NCBI GenBank assembly: GCA_977017575.1
Contig: CDRNVI010000045.1
Span: 186,001-250,000, forward strand
DNA from: Paramoeba atlantica
Taxonomy: Eukaryota; Protista; Discosea
Length of the DNA stretch: 64,000 nt
Direction of reading: 5' to 3'
A model generated the notes under the pieces. The model searched no databases. It saw only the letters and a list, made by a program, of their open reading frames with translations, and was not told the DNA's origin. Numbering within the stretch: the first letter of the stretch is position 1; each line of letters opens with the position of its first letter. The translations under genes and the position numbers were made by a program. Shown one piece after another: positions 47,260 through 59,262 of this stretch.

Positions 47260-47287
47260 TTCCATCCTCTCTTGCATCCTCTGGTCC

Positions 47288-47520
47288 GGATGTTGGTCGT
47301 GTCGACAGAGTCTATACTCACGCCTAGCTCGAAAGGGCTAGGTACCCCAAGTGAGATAGTACACGGGTAGTGAATTTCCTCCCCGTCGGCCAGCATCCTG
47401 TTTCGCGACCGTGTCGCTGTCGACACAGGCCCGCGCCTGCGCCCTCCCATGTAACAAGGGAAGGGTCCACAAGTCAGGCCGTGGAGAGGTCGAAAGACCC
47501 GGTCCGGAACGCGCGAATGG
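47288..47520 (+). repeat. Conserved structured 3' module of CRE elements (copy 1 of 3; others at 52230-52462 and 59286-59518)
   Basis: Near-identical ~233 nt with stems GGATG(C/T)TGG/CCAGCATCC and TTCGCG/CGCGAA and GAAA-capped hairpins. Confidence 0.85.
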
Positions 47521-47839
47521 ATTGGGTCTGGATTGCTTGTTTTTATTGTTATTATTGTTATTATTGTTCTTATACTTACGGGAGATCGAATTGCTAGTTT
47601 TGGGCTCCAAAATATGAAATTGCTAGTTTGATTGCTTGTCTTAAAATCGTATACCCCCCCCGATGGACCTACAGGGTTCAAGTATTGGGTAAAAATATAG
47701 AGGCAATGCCGCGGTTCATACTTCTCTCCCCTTATTCATCGCAAAAAAGAAAAAAAACATATCTTTAACGATAAAAAAAACAATATCTTTAAAAAACAAT
47801 ATCTTTAAAAAACAATATCTTTAGAAAAAACATACCTTT

Positions 47840-47871
47840 AACGATAAAGATACAGTTTCTGTACCTTGTTG
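47840..47871 (+). other. Spliced-leader exon-like copy
   Basis: AACGATAAAGATACAGTTTCTGTACCTTGTTG, preceded by stuttered CA(A/T)TATCTTT(A)n repeats. Confidence 0.9.
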
Positions 47872-47995
47872 AATTGTTTCTCTTTTCCTTCCTATTGACT
47901 TTACATACGCCAATGAATGACCCTCGATCAGGGGGGAAGCTCTGGTGTTGTCACTGTGGCACACGTTTTGTCCCACAGAGCCTTACCTTATCTTT

Positions 47996-48027
47996 AACGA
48001 CAAAGATACAGTTTCTGTACCTTGTTG
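47996..48027 (+). other. Spliced-leader exon-like copy
   Basis: AACGACAAAGATACAGTTTCTGTACCTTGTTG then AATTATTTT. Confidence 0.9.
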
Positions 48028-48061
48028 AATTATTTTTTTCTTTCTTACATTCAACCATTAC

Positions 48062-51000
48062 ATGGGCGTGTCAACGCGTTCTAAAACACGAACGGACTGT
48101 AACTTTGGGAAGGAAGCTGCCTCTCACAAGGTAGGGTCGTATGATCAATTTAAGGCCAACGAACACCTAACGAACGGGAAGAGTACTTACGACGAACTAC
48201 TTTACACCACAGAAATACAGCAGGACCTTTCCTCTGAAAAGATACAGCAAGCGGAAGGCATTGCCATTAGCATAACAAACGCGCCTGCCGGCCCAACACC
48301 TGACACAGGTCACGTTGACGGAATGACTGAGGCAGATATTCATTCCAATGTCCTTCAGGAGGAAAATGTAGGCGCTCGCTTTGGGGGGAAAAATTGCGCT
48401 CAGGAGGAAAATGAGGGTTTTCGATTCGAATTCATAGGCTCTGACTCTTCTTTGCTCAGCCAATCCAAGTTATCAAATAAGGCTGTAAAGGAGAAATGCG
48501 AACGCGTCCTCCGGAAAACAAATCCGAACGACTCTCAACAAAACGAGAATGACATAGTATTTCCAGACCTTACTCCAAATGACTTCGATTTTTCGATCAG
48601 CACACGGCCAGGAAGACGAAAAAAGAAGAAGAGCCCTAAGACCACCCAGTATTCTCAAGTGAGTAGTGTTCCCACAAGTGATAGCAGTGACGGGGATGTC
48701 ACAGACTCTCCTCCGAAAGACCAAACCCCCGTCCCCCCCGAAGGAAAGCGCAAGCGCCACGATCAAACCCTTAAAAAAGCTTACACCCAACCGAATACAC
48801 CCAGAAATGTGGTTGCCACACCCAGAAAGGCACTTTCACAAAGTGACACGTTCCGGAAATGTCCTATTGAGGGGTGTACCTGGAAGACGGGGCCGCACGG
48901 TGGTCAATGGCAATCATACTATAACCACGTAGCCCACAGACATGGAGACGAAGCTCCGGACAGCTGGTGGACAGGGGAAGGAAGATTTCGATGCCGAAAA
49001 TGTGAAAAACATTATGATCTAAGCAAAGAGGACGCTCACATTAAGAATTGCAAGTTCCGCGCTTCCTCGACGCACATTCAACGGAACCCCACACCGAGTG
49101 ACGACACTTCTGTCTCGAGTGCTGACGTGCCGCTAGAGAAAAACGAAATTTCCGACGCACAGGCAGACCAGATCACTACCGACGAAACCTATATAATGAA
49201 CAGTGACACACCTCTTCCAAGCCTCTTTTCCATATGCGCCTTGCCCATTACCACTTGCAAAGATATACCCAACAGCTGCCGACCAGAGTGGGAAAAGGCG
49301 CTTTGCGGGTGTCTAGATTCGGCAATCCGAGAGAATACCATTGAAGCGTGGACTCTCCTCGCTATGCTGCCCAAATGCGTTATACCTGCCCCCCATCGAG
49401 GAGGTAGCCGGGAGAAAACATCGTATGCTTCCCACGTACGGAAATGCCTTTCTCGCTGGTCCAAGAAAGACTTACTGGCGCTCTGGGATGAAGCTGTCAA
49501 GAGCGTCACGGGCAAGAAGAGAAGCGTGGAGAAAGCGCAGAGTCTCGAAGAAGAAGAAAAAAAATCCGCACTACGAGCCGAAAGACTCGTACGTGACGGG
49601 GAGCTCTCACGCGCCATGACCGCACTGACATCTGCGCCACTCGCTCCGGACAATGATGAGACTTACGCAAAGCTTCAGGCAAAGCATCCCCCCCGACTCT
49701 CCGCATCAGATACACCCAGCCCATCAGTGGACGTGGAACCTCTTAAAGTGACGGAGGATGAAGTATCGGCGGCACTCTCAACTTTTTATCGGGGTTCCTC
49801 CGGGGGTGCCTTTGGTCTGCGGCCGGAACACGTGCAAGTTGCTATACATGCTCATCACAATGGTCAGACCGGTCCTTTGGAAATACTCACAAAGTTCACC
49901 AATCACATGCTAGCCGGAAAAGCACCATTAGAAGTCAAAAGCCACTACGCTGGAGGTCGATTGTGTGCCATGAAGAAGGGGGAACACGACGTATGCCCGA
50001 TCGCCGCTGGTGAAACCCTTCGCCGCTTGGCGAGCAAAGTTGCATGCTTCTCTGCCAAAACCAGAGCCCGCAAACTTTTTAAGGGACACCAATACGGGGT
50101 CGCTACCGGCCGGGGCGGAACGTGTTATCCATCTTTGCCGACAGACATTCGCGGCCCACGTAGACGATGATAACTTCCTTCTATGCAAAATAGACCTCCG
50201 GAATGCCTTCAACCAGGTGTCCCGTGACAGGTTCACTGATTTAACGCGCATACACTTTTCCGAACTCAGTCATTTTGTAGAGTGGTGTTATTATACAGAA
50301 AGTTTACTCACGTTCGGTACGCGTACGGTAAAGTCTTCTGAAGGGGTACAACAAGGCGACCCCCTTGGCCCCCTCCTCTTCTCACTGGTTATGAGGGAGC
50401 TTGCTTCGGAAATCGACGCGGCAACACCGAAACTAGGCCTGAATCTATGGTATCTAGATGACGGAATACTGGCGGGCGCATCATGCGATGTACGACACGC
50501 ATTTGATGTGCTAGAACTAAACGGCCCGCGATGGGATTTACATCTGAACGCTGCGAAATGTGAACTCGCTGCGCACCCCGCATCGTCTCATCGTTCTTAT
50601 GTCTTCCCCGACCTACCTGGACCGAATAAACGCACTGAGGGTAATTTCCATATGTTAGATAGCCCTGTAGGGTCAACCGAGTTCCGCCGTCAATTTCTCC
50701 TTGACAACGCCATTGAACACGCAGAGGACTCGCTGGAAGCCATTACCAAACTCGAGGACCCCCAGGTGGCCCTTTCACTTATTCGGCATTGCACGGGCTT
50801 CTGTCAGATGGTCTACTCACTCCGTACTACCCCAACGTCGGAGCTCCAGGATCTCTGTCGACGTCTCGACGACGCAGTGCAAGACGCTACCTCACACTTT
50901 TTCGGGCCACTCAGCGACGCAGCAAGGCGACAAGCACAGAGAGGCAAACGGTTTGGTGGCTTGGGACTCCGTTCAGCTGAGGAGTATTCTGCCTCCGCTT

Positions 51001-52085
51001 ATGTGGCCTCAGTCGCCTTCGCAGCGGAGAAAGACTTTTGGGATCCAACGGACGCAAAAGATTTCAATGAGGCAGTGATCGACGTGAACAAACGCGCAGG
51101 GAAGAATATCGTTGACAATGAAACGGGCAAAATTCTACAAAGCTCGGCCGTTTCAGAGCACCAACCCTTTCAAACCAATCCGATCCAAGAAATAGACAAT
51201 AAATTGGTCATACCTCGACAAAGGGACCTGAGCCATGCTATTTCGTCCCACGCGTTCGAACACGCACTCGCCCACGCTGACCCAAGCACGAGGGCTCGGT
51301 GGAGCTCGGAAACGGGGGAAGGGGCGTCGGAGTGGGCTTTCGTGTTGCCGCCCAAAAAGAACGGCTTTGCGTACGCCCCCACGGAGTTTCGCATGTTAAT
51401 CCGTTGGTGGCTGGGGGAAACCATCTACCCGGGCCTCCGTCCCTGCCCCATGGAAAAGTGCAAACAGCCCCTAGGCCCAGGGGGTGAACACGCACTGGCA
51501 TGCAAATGCGGGCACGGGATCACTGCTCGGCACAGTGCCTTGGTATCCCAATTCTCTGCAGAATGCTCAAAGGCCGGGCTTGCCCCTCAAAGAGAAGTGA
51601 GTTTGGGGAACATAGGTCCGGGTGGCGCACTCACCAGACCTGGGGACGTATTCATTCGAAGTTTCGGTCGCGGTCAGGCCCTCGTACTCGACTTCGCTGT
51701 CACTCATGTCCAGCAAAAAAAATATACGGACACAGTCCGTGACGCTAACTGGGTGACGGCGGGGTCGTTTGCGGAGCAATACGCGACCGCCAACAAGGCT
51801 AAACAACGAGAAGAGGCTGAAGCGGCGCGAATGAATTTTACCGCCATGGTGGTAGAATCGTTTGGCTCGTGGAGCCCTAGCGCAATGTCGATCCTTAGGG
51901 TGGTTGCTGCAGGTAGGGCATCCAATGCCAATTTCGGGGATATTTTACCGAAAGGGGATGCTCTACACCGGTTGCCTACATCCCTAAATGTAACCCTCAT
52001 GAGATCCCAAGCCCGCATGCTCGTCCTACGACGGCCTGCTGTGGGTCCTGATTCAGCGCTCCTAGGCTATGGGAAAGAGGAGTAG
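48062..52085 (+). CDS. Near-complete CRE-clade polyprotein (Zn finger-RT-RLE) with a single frameshift near 50105
   Basis: ORFs 48062-50170 and 50010-52085 join at ATPAGAERV; WYLDDG; CPMEKC..H..C, RH, TRPGD, LDFAVTH and AMVVESFG. Confidence 0.92.
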
Positions 52086-53124
52086 TGGATCACTCGCCAC
52101 ACCCGACGACTTCCTCGCCTGCGAAATCTGGCCGCTATACAATGTTTTCCCGCGGCAAACGCCGACCCGGCTCTCGTTGGGTATGGCCAGGGGTATGGCC
52201 AGGTGACTTTCATGGGAAACTCCCGGTACGGATGCTGGTAGCGTCGACAGAGTCTATACTCACGCCTAGTCCGTCAGGGCTAGGTACCCCAAGTGAGGTA
52301 GTACACGGGTAGTGAATCTCCTCCCCGTCGGCCAGCATCCTGTTTCGCGACCGTGTCGCTGTCGACACAGGCCCGCGCCTGCGCCCTCCTGTATAACAAG
52401 GGAAGGGTTCACAAGTCAGGCCGTGGAGAGGTCGAAAGACCCGGTCCGGAACTCGCGAATGGTTGAGGAGCCGCCTGTAGGCCGGGTGAGGCGAAGCTGA
52501 GGGAGACCTTACCCTCCCTGAAAAGTTGAAAAGTCGGGTGGGGGAAAGTAGGAAAGTGGGGAGAAAGGTGGGAAAAGTAGGGAGAAAGGTGGGAAAAGTA
52601 TGTCAAGAGGTGAGAAAGTGAGAGAGAAAGAGGAGAAAGAGAAAGAAAAACAATCTTATAGTCATAAGTTCGAAACGTCGATATAAACATTAGAATCAAT
52701 ACTACTCCCCCCAATTATTCGCAAAAAAAAACATATCTTTAACGATAAAAAAAACAATATCTTTAAAAAACAATATCTTTAAAAAAAACATACAGTGGTT
52801 TCAGTTGATCTTGCCCCCCCCTCGGAATTTTGATTTTTTTTATCCATTTTGGCTCATCTTTTCAGCATTGGAGAGATCTCGTTCCCCTAGCGAAGAGCTT
52901 TGCCGCCTTTTTTTCATAGAGACCCCCTGGTGCCCCCTGGGTCCGAAAAACACTGTTTTTTTTGGACGTTTTCTGTGTACACAACCATTTTTTGTCACAT
53001 TTTCTCGATTTTTTGTACATTTTGAACATGTAAGTACGAGTAATAGTGTTCTAAATTGATAATTTGAAAGCTCAATGTCTATTACCATCCCTATCGCCTA
53101 ATTTAATATAGTCAACACCTCTAC

Positions 53125-53681
53125 AGCCCGGTTGGCGGCCTTACCAGGCCCGCGGACATTTTCCTGCCGAACTTTGGCTTGGCGACCTCTCTGGTGTTAG
53201 ACTTCTGTGTGACACACGTTCAGCAGACCAATTATACGGACATGGTCCGAGGTGCTAACGTGGGAAAAGCAGGATGTTTCGCCGAGAGGTACGCCTCCGA
53301 GCACAAAAGTTCGGAGCGTCTGGAGGCGGAGTCCGCGGGGCACAAATTCACCGCAATGGCGGTGGAGTCTAACTAGTATAGTATAGCATAGTATACTATA
53401 GTATACTAGTTAGACTCCACCGCCATTGCGGTGAATTTGTGCCCCGCGGACTCCGCCTCCGAAGGATCCGAAGGACCTTCGGATCCTGGTCCGACAGTGC
53501 CATGGGCATCTTGCGCCAGGTGGCCGAACGTCGCTCTGCAGCATCCCAGGGAACCCTCTCTTGCTCTAAAGCTTCCTTTCGGCTCCTGACCGAAATGAAC
53601 GTCACGTTGATGAGGGCCCAGGCGCGCATGCTAGTTAATCGCATGCCCGCGGAAGATTTGTATCCGCCATTACGCACGTAA
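53125..53681 (+). pseudogene. CRE RLE fragment containing a fold-back inversion
   Basis: LDFCVTHVQQ and AMAVES, then a 59-bp perfect inverted duplication, then FGSWSDSAM resumes. Confidence 0.85.
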
Positions 53682-53819
53682 TGGCGAGGAAAATAGGGGA
53701 AGTTCGAAGTTGAACGTTGTAATACTCTAGGATAAAAAAAACAAGGAGGGGGGTTAAGGTTAAAAAATATAGAGGCAATGCCGCGATTCATACTTCTCCC
53801 CCCTTATTAATTGCAAAAA

Positions 53820-54116
53820 AAAAACAGCTGCAGGTTTTTGTGGGCTAACATCTTGACCCGAACTCTAACATGCGCTGTACGCGAAAACACGATACAGGCG
53901 TGGACACTCCTAGCAATGCTTCCAAAGTGCGCTCTACCGGCGCCTTACCGAGGCGGACGTAAAGGACACATATCATACGCCTCACATGTAGAGAAATGCA
54001 TGGAGCTCTGGATCGATGGAGATTACCTTGTTTTTTGGGAACAGGCTCTGAAGGACCAAGCGAAAAAACGCTCTAGGACTAGTGGCCTGCCGGAGAAAAA
54101 GAAGGATGGCTCATGA
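53820..54116 (+). pseudogene. CRE N-terminal fragment
   Basis: AWTLLAMLPKCALPAPYRGG, paralogous to the other CRE copies. Confidence 0.8.
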
Positions 54117-54399
54117 AGAAGAAAAGAGTCAGAAAAAAAAATAAAAGGCATATTCGTGCTTTTTGGAAAGAGCTCTTGCTTGGAAAACTATAGAGAACAA
54201 TAACACATATAATAAAACACACTTAATAAAACGTCATTTTTTCCAAAAACATGAATGTTCTATGTGATTTCACTACTCATGAAAACTATTTACTAGGCCG
54301 GTATATGTGGATTCTATCCGAAAGTAACGTTCAGAAAGGATAACCTATAATAGATATGCCCATCTTATATAAATTCGTGCTCTGTGTAGTGCGAAAAAG

Positions 54400-55498
54400 T
54401 CACCCGGAATGGAGCGCATAACTAGTATGGAATTTTTTCCCCAACCTGTTGATGCAACAATGCAGTCTTTTCTTGAAAGATGCATGCACAGTTTTCGCGA
54501 AGTCTTTAGCCTCACCTGAGTCCAAGTATTCTTCTACAGCACGCTTAATTTCAACTGCTGTTTGCGGAATTCTTTTATTTTTCGCCTTTTTCGCTTCGCT
54601 CCACAAATTCTCAATTGGATTGAGATCGGGTGAATCGGCTGGCCACTTTGGAAGTGTTTCTCCGTTCTGCATTTTTCTATGACGAAGATCGGCGCAAACT
54701 AAATCACGCTCGGCGTGCGACAGCCACCATTTTCGTGTCTTCTTGCTTGTGTGGCCGGGCGCGCCGTCATCCATGTACACTGCATCTTTGTGAAGAGAAG
54801 CGTACGGGATCCACTTTGTATCAAGAATTTGTTTTCGGTAGTACAGGCTTCCCAGTTTTAATTGGTCTGGGGGAGTCTCGCGCTTCTCACCCAGTTCCAA
54901 TAATCGAGTTGCTTCTCGAGCGTAAAACTCGGTAAAATTGTCACACCAATGATAGAGGATATTGCCTTCCTTATCAATGGCACCCCACAGCATAACCTTT
55001 TTGTTTTTATTGGGTGATGCGTTCGACTCATTGGAACGCGATCTGTGGGGCTCTGCCAACTTTTTCGTGACGTGTCACCCTCTTGGAAATAAGTCTCGTC
55101 GGAGAAAACAATATTTGAGAATAGAATTTCATCCGAGGCTACACTTTCTTCCAGTAGTAGTTTGCTAAAGTGAACTCGTGCCTCCCGCTTCTGGTCGTTA
55201 GTTGAAGGGTATTTTCCTTTGTAGAGTAGGAATAATTGAAGTAATACAAAATGTCGCGAACTCGGTTGTTGGAAAAAGAAATACGCCCTTCAGTATGCTT
55301 CTCGAGAGCTCGACGAATTACTGTTACTGAACGATAAGGAAGACTTGCAATAACTGTGGGAAAAATTTCTTTCACAGTGTCGAAGTGCTCCCATGTGAAA
55401 AGCGATGTCCTCACTGTTTTCATCTGAGTCAAGCGTTGGTCTACATGCGATTCACAGTTAAGTAAACGTGAGCATGTCCCACTTGAGATAGAAAACAT
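54400..55498 (-). pseudogene. IS630-Tc1-mariner transposase, frameshifted, DD51E spacing
   Basis: HTH-like region at 55139-55498; IVFSDET near 55100; MDDGAPGH and WPADSPDLNPIENLW in ORF 54400-55059. Confidence 0.85.
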
Positions 55499-55981
55499 AT
55501 AACAAAGATCAGCCTAAGAGAAAATTCCTGTTTCGTAAACACCTTTTAGTAGGTATAAATCTGATTCTGAGAGAGCGCCTTTTTGACGCTTGAACCGTTT
55601 CAAAAGTTTTCTTCTTTGATTGCGCACTGTTTTAGGCCGACCTCCCCTTTTCCCGTCGCTTGTAGTTTGCTGTGTGCTCTGATCTAAAAGGGACCGCAAC
55701 TCATGTAAAATTTTTATGTTTTCCTTCTGTTCCTTAGTAAGAGCTTCGCAGCTGTGACGCAAGTGTCTACATTCAGTTTTCGTTTCCACGTATGCCTTTT
55801 CTATGAGTGCAGATCTTATTTCAGCCTCTCGAGAAGCCGCTCGCAATTCTTCCCGCTCTTTGACGAAGGAAATATCAGCAGACTCAAGTCTTCTCAGTTT
55901 CTGTTTGCACGAACGAAGATCAGTCCGTGCACGTTTTAAGGCCCGGTGCTGAGCGGTCACTTTCCTTTTTAGTGAACGAAG

Positions 55982-58900
55982 TTGGAGAAAGGGGAAAATG
56001 AGGTGCGACCGATAGCGGCAGGTGAAACCCTACGACGGATGGTTAGCAAGGCAGCTTGCTTCGCAGTCAAGGAAAAGGCCGGAGAGCTATTTCGAGGGCA
56101 TCAATATGGCGTCGCTTTTTCAGCGGGAGCCGAAAGAGTTATTCACCTATGTAGAAAAAACATGCTAAACAACCTAGGGAGTGATAACCTCGCGTTCTGT
56201 AAGATGGACCTGCGAAACGCATTTAACAACGTAAGTCGACCTGTTTTCATTCTGCTCACGCGCATATACTTTCCAGAGTTATCGCCATGGGTAGAATGGT
56301 GCTACTCACACCCGAGCGTTCTCACCTACGGAAATCACTTCATATCATCTGCGGAAGGTGTACAACGGGGCAACCCCCTAGGTCCACTCTTATTCTCCCT
56401 AGTCCTCTCGAACGTCACCGAAGAAATACCATCACGGGCTAACCTCGACTCGCAGCTCTGGTATTTGGATGGCGGGATCCTTATGGGGGAGGCGGGTGAA
56501 GTCAGAAAGGCATTGGACGTGTTTTCTGAGTTTGGCCCTAAATGTGGTTTGTTCTTAAATCCAAAAAAGTGTGAAATCATAACACCGCCACCCTCAGCCC
56601 ATGTCACTGAACAATTCCCTGAAATCCCAGCGGAGAAAATCCATGTTGACGGAAACTTTGATATCCTCGGAAGTCCGATTGGATCTGCAGAGCATTGCGC
56701 GGAATTCCTTCTCTTAAACGCAATAGAACCAGCACTTGAGACCCTTGCCGCTGTCGGATTAATAAGAGACCCTCAAGTCGCTATGGCCTTAATTCGCCAG
56801 TGCACGGGCTTTTGCCAAATGGTCTGTGCCCTTCGAACTACGCCTCCGCAAGCCCTCTCCCACCTGTGCGGTCTTCTCGACGAGAGCGTCCTCACTGCTG
56901 TAGAGCTCGCACTCTTTCCTTTGGACCCGCAAGCACGTGACCAAATTCAACGTCGGAAACGCCACGGCGGCTTTGGTCTCAGATCTGCCTCTCTCCACGC
57001 AACATCGGCTTATGTTGCTTCTGTAGCACACGCTGCCGACGAGGATAACTGGGACCCTACAGACGCCGAAGGTTTCGCCGCCTCGGCGCAGGACGTCAAC
57101 AACAAAATAGGAGTGACCCTTGTGGACCCCAGCACAGGTCGCATACCCAAACAAAACCCGCGACCGGACTCCGGCTCACAACGCATCTCATCCCCGAACA
57201 GGAAACGTCGAAGACAAATGCTACGCAGCATGGCGGTAGACGGCTCCACGGAACCGGAACTGGTGATTCCCAAGCAACAGCAATTGAGTCAGGCAATTGC
57301 CGAACAGGAAATGCTCACAGAATACGAAAAGGCGGACCCTCGTACACGGGCAAGGTGGGTGTCTCAGTCGGGAAAAGGGGCCGGGAACTGGGTCTTCGTA
57401 ACTCCCTCGAGAAGCAGAGGTTTTGCTTTCTCACCCACCGAGTTCCGAACGTTATCACGCTGGTGGTTGGGAATGGGTATTTATCCAGAGGTTAGTCCTT
57501 GTCCGGCAAAAGGATGCACGTTACCCCTTCAGAGAAACGGAGAACACGCGCTTTGTTGTAAAAACGGTCATGGCCTGATCACCAGACACAACGCCTTTTG
57601 CGATCAATTTTCTTCTTTCTGCAGCAAGGCAGACATGGCTCCCCAGAGGGAAAAAAGCTTGGGAAACCGAGGCCCAGGAGGTGCCCTCACCAGACCCAGT
57701 GACGTCTTTATTCCCAACTACGCCCTCGGAAATGGTATGGTGTTGGGCTTTGCAGTCACCCATGCCCAGCAAATAAAGTATTTGGACTCCGTCCGTACTG
57801 CTAGCTGGGTGGCTGCAGGATCCTTCGCTGACCATTTTTCCGAATCTAAGAAGAAACAACGCCAGGAAGCGGAGGAGGCCCGGTTACTTTTCACAAAAGA
57901 CCTACAAGTCGCCATCGCCCTAATTCGCCAATGCACAGGTTTTTGTCAAATGGTGTACGCACTCCGCACCACACCCCCTCAGGCTCTTTCCCAGCTTTGT
58001 AGTATACTTGATGAAAACGTTTTAACAGCCGTGGAGTGGGCACTTTTTCCCCTGGAACCCCACGCACGAGACCAAATCCAACGCAGGAAGCGTCATGGAG
58101 GTTTCGGCCTAAGGTCTTCGACACTTCATGCATCAGCCGCTTACGTTTCTTCCGATGCGCACGCCGCCGAATGGATGACTGGGACCCTACAGAGGCTGAC
58201 GGATTTACTGCCTCGGTAAAAGATGTAAACAGTAAGGCAGGAGTAGCTCTAGTGGACCCTAGTACGGGGCGCACACCCAAGCAGAACAAGTCACACCATG
58301 ACTCAGTCCAACGTCACAATTTCCTCTCGAAAAGAAAACGCCCACGGTGTACGCTCAACAAAATGGAGGCAGACAGGGCGACAGAGCCGGAGATGGTCAT
58401 CCCCCGGCAGCAACAGCTCAGCCAGGCTATCTCCCAACAGGAATTCACCACAGCCTACGGGCAGGCCGACCCCCGCACGCGCGCACGATGGGTCTCGCAG
58501 TCGGGGAAGGGAGCTGGCAGCTGGGCTTTTGTCGCGCCCTCTAGGAACAAGGGATACGCTTTCACACCCACCGAGTTCCGCACGCTATCACGCTGGTGGC
58601 TAGGCTCCGATATTTACCAACAAGATCGACCTTGTCCCGCAAAAGGATGCGCATTACCCCTGCAGAGAGATGGGGAACATGCCTTGCTATGCAAGAACGG
58701 ACACGGCCTCATCACCAGGCATAACGCGGTGTGCGAACAATTCGCCTCATTTTGCAGGAAAGCCGACATGGCACCACAAAGGGAAAAAAGCTTGGGCAAT
58801 CGGGGACCTGGAGGGGTTCTCACCAGGCCCTCCGACGTGTTCATACCCAACTTCACCCTGGGAAATGGTATGGTGTTAGACTTCGCAGTCACCCATGCAC

Positions 58901-59262
58901 AGCAACTAAAGTATTTGGACTCCGTCCGAAATGCTAGCTGGGTGGCTGCGGGGTCTTTCGCTGAACATTACTCAACAACAAAGAATACTCAACTTCAGGA
59001 AGCGGAAAAGGAAAAATTACTCTTCACCGCCATGGTGGTTGAGTCCTTTGGATCGTGGAGCAAAAGTGCTCTAGCAGTCTTGTGGAAGGTGGGGGCGCTA
59101 CGCGCCAGTGCGTTTAATGGTCTTCTTACTGACACACAGGCTGGAAATGAACTCTTAAAAGAGTTGAACGTGACGCTCATGCGCTCACAGGCCCGAATGA
59201 TGGTCTCCAGGATGGTCGTAGGTGACCCCAACGCCCCCTTGGAAGGGGCCTCGCTCTCATGA
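55982..59262 (+). pseudogene. CRE subfamily 2 (RT-RLE) with a tandem duplication of the thumb-RLE part
   Basis: RPIAAGE, KMDLRNAFN, QRGNPLG and WYLDGG; the thumb-RLE block occurs twice, restarting near 57895. Confidence 0.88.

Noticed and set aside
47288-47520. HDV-like ribozyme or group II intron domain V in the 3' module
   Set aside because: GCGAAUGG is tied up in a closing stem, there is no P1.1 GG or proper P3/L3, and domain V geometry does not fit.
52791-53100. Tc1-like end (TA-CAGTGG) as the terminus of the 54400 transposon
   Set aside because: No matching inverted copy found in the window.
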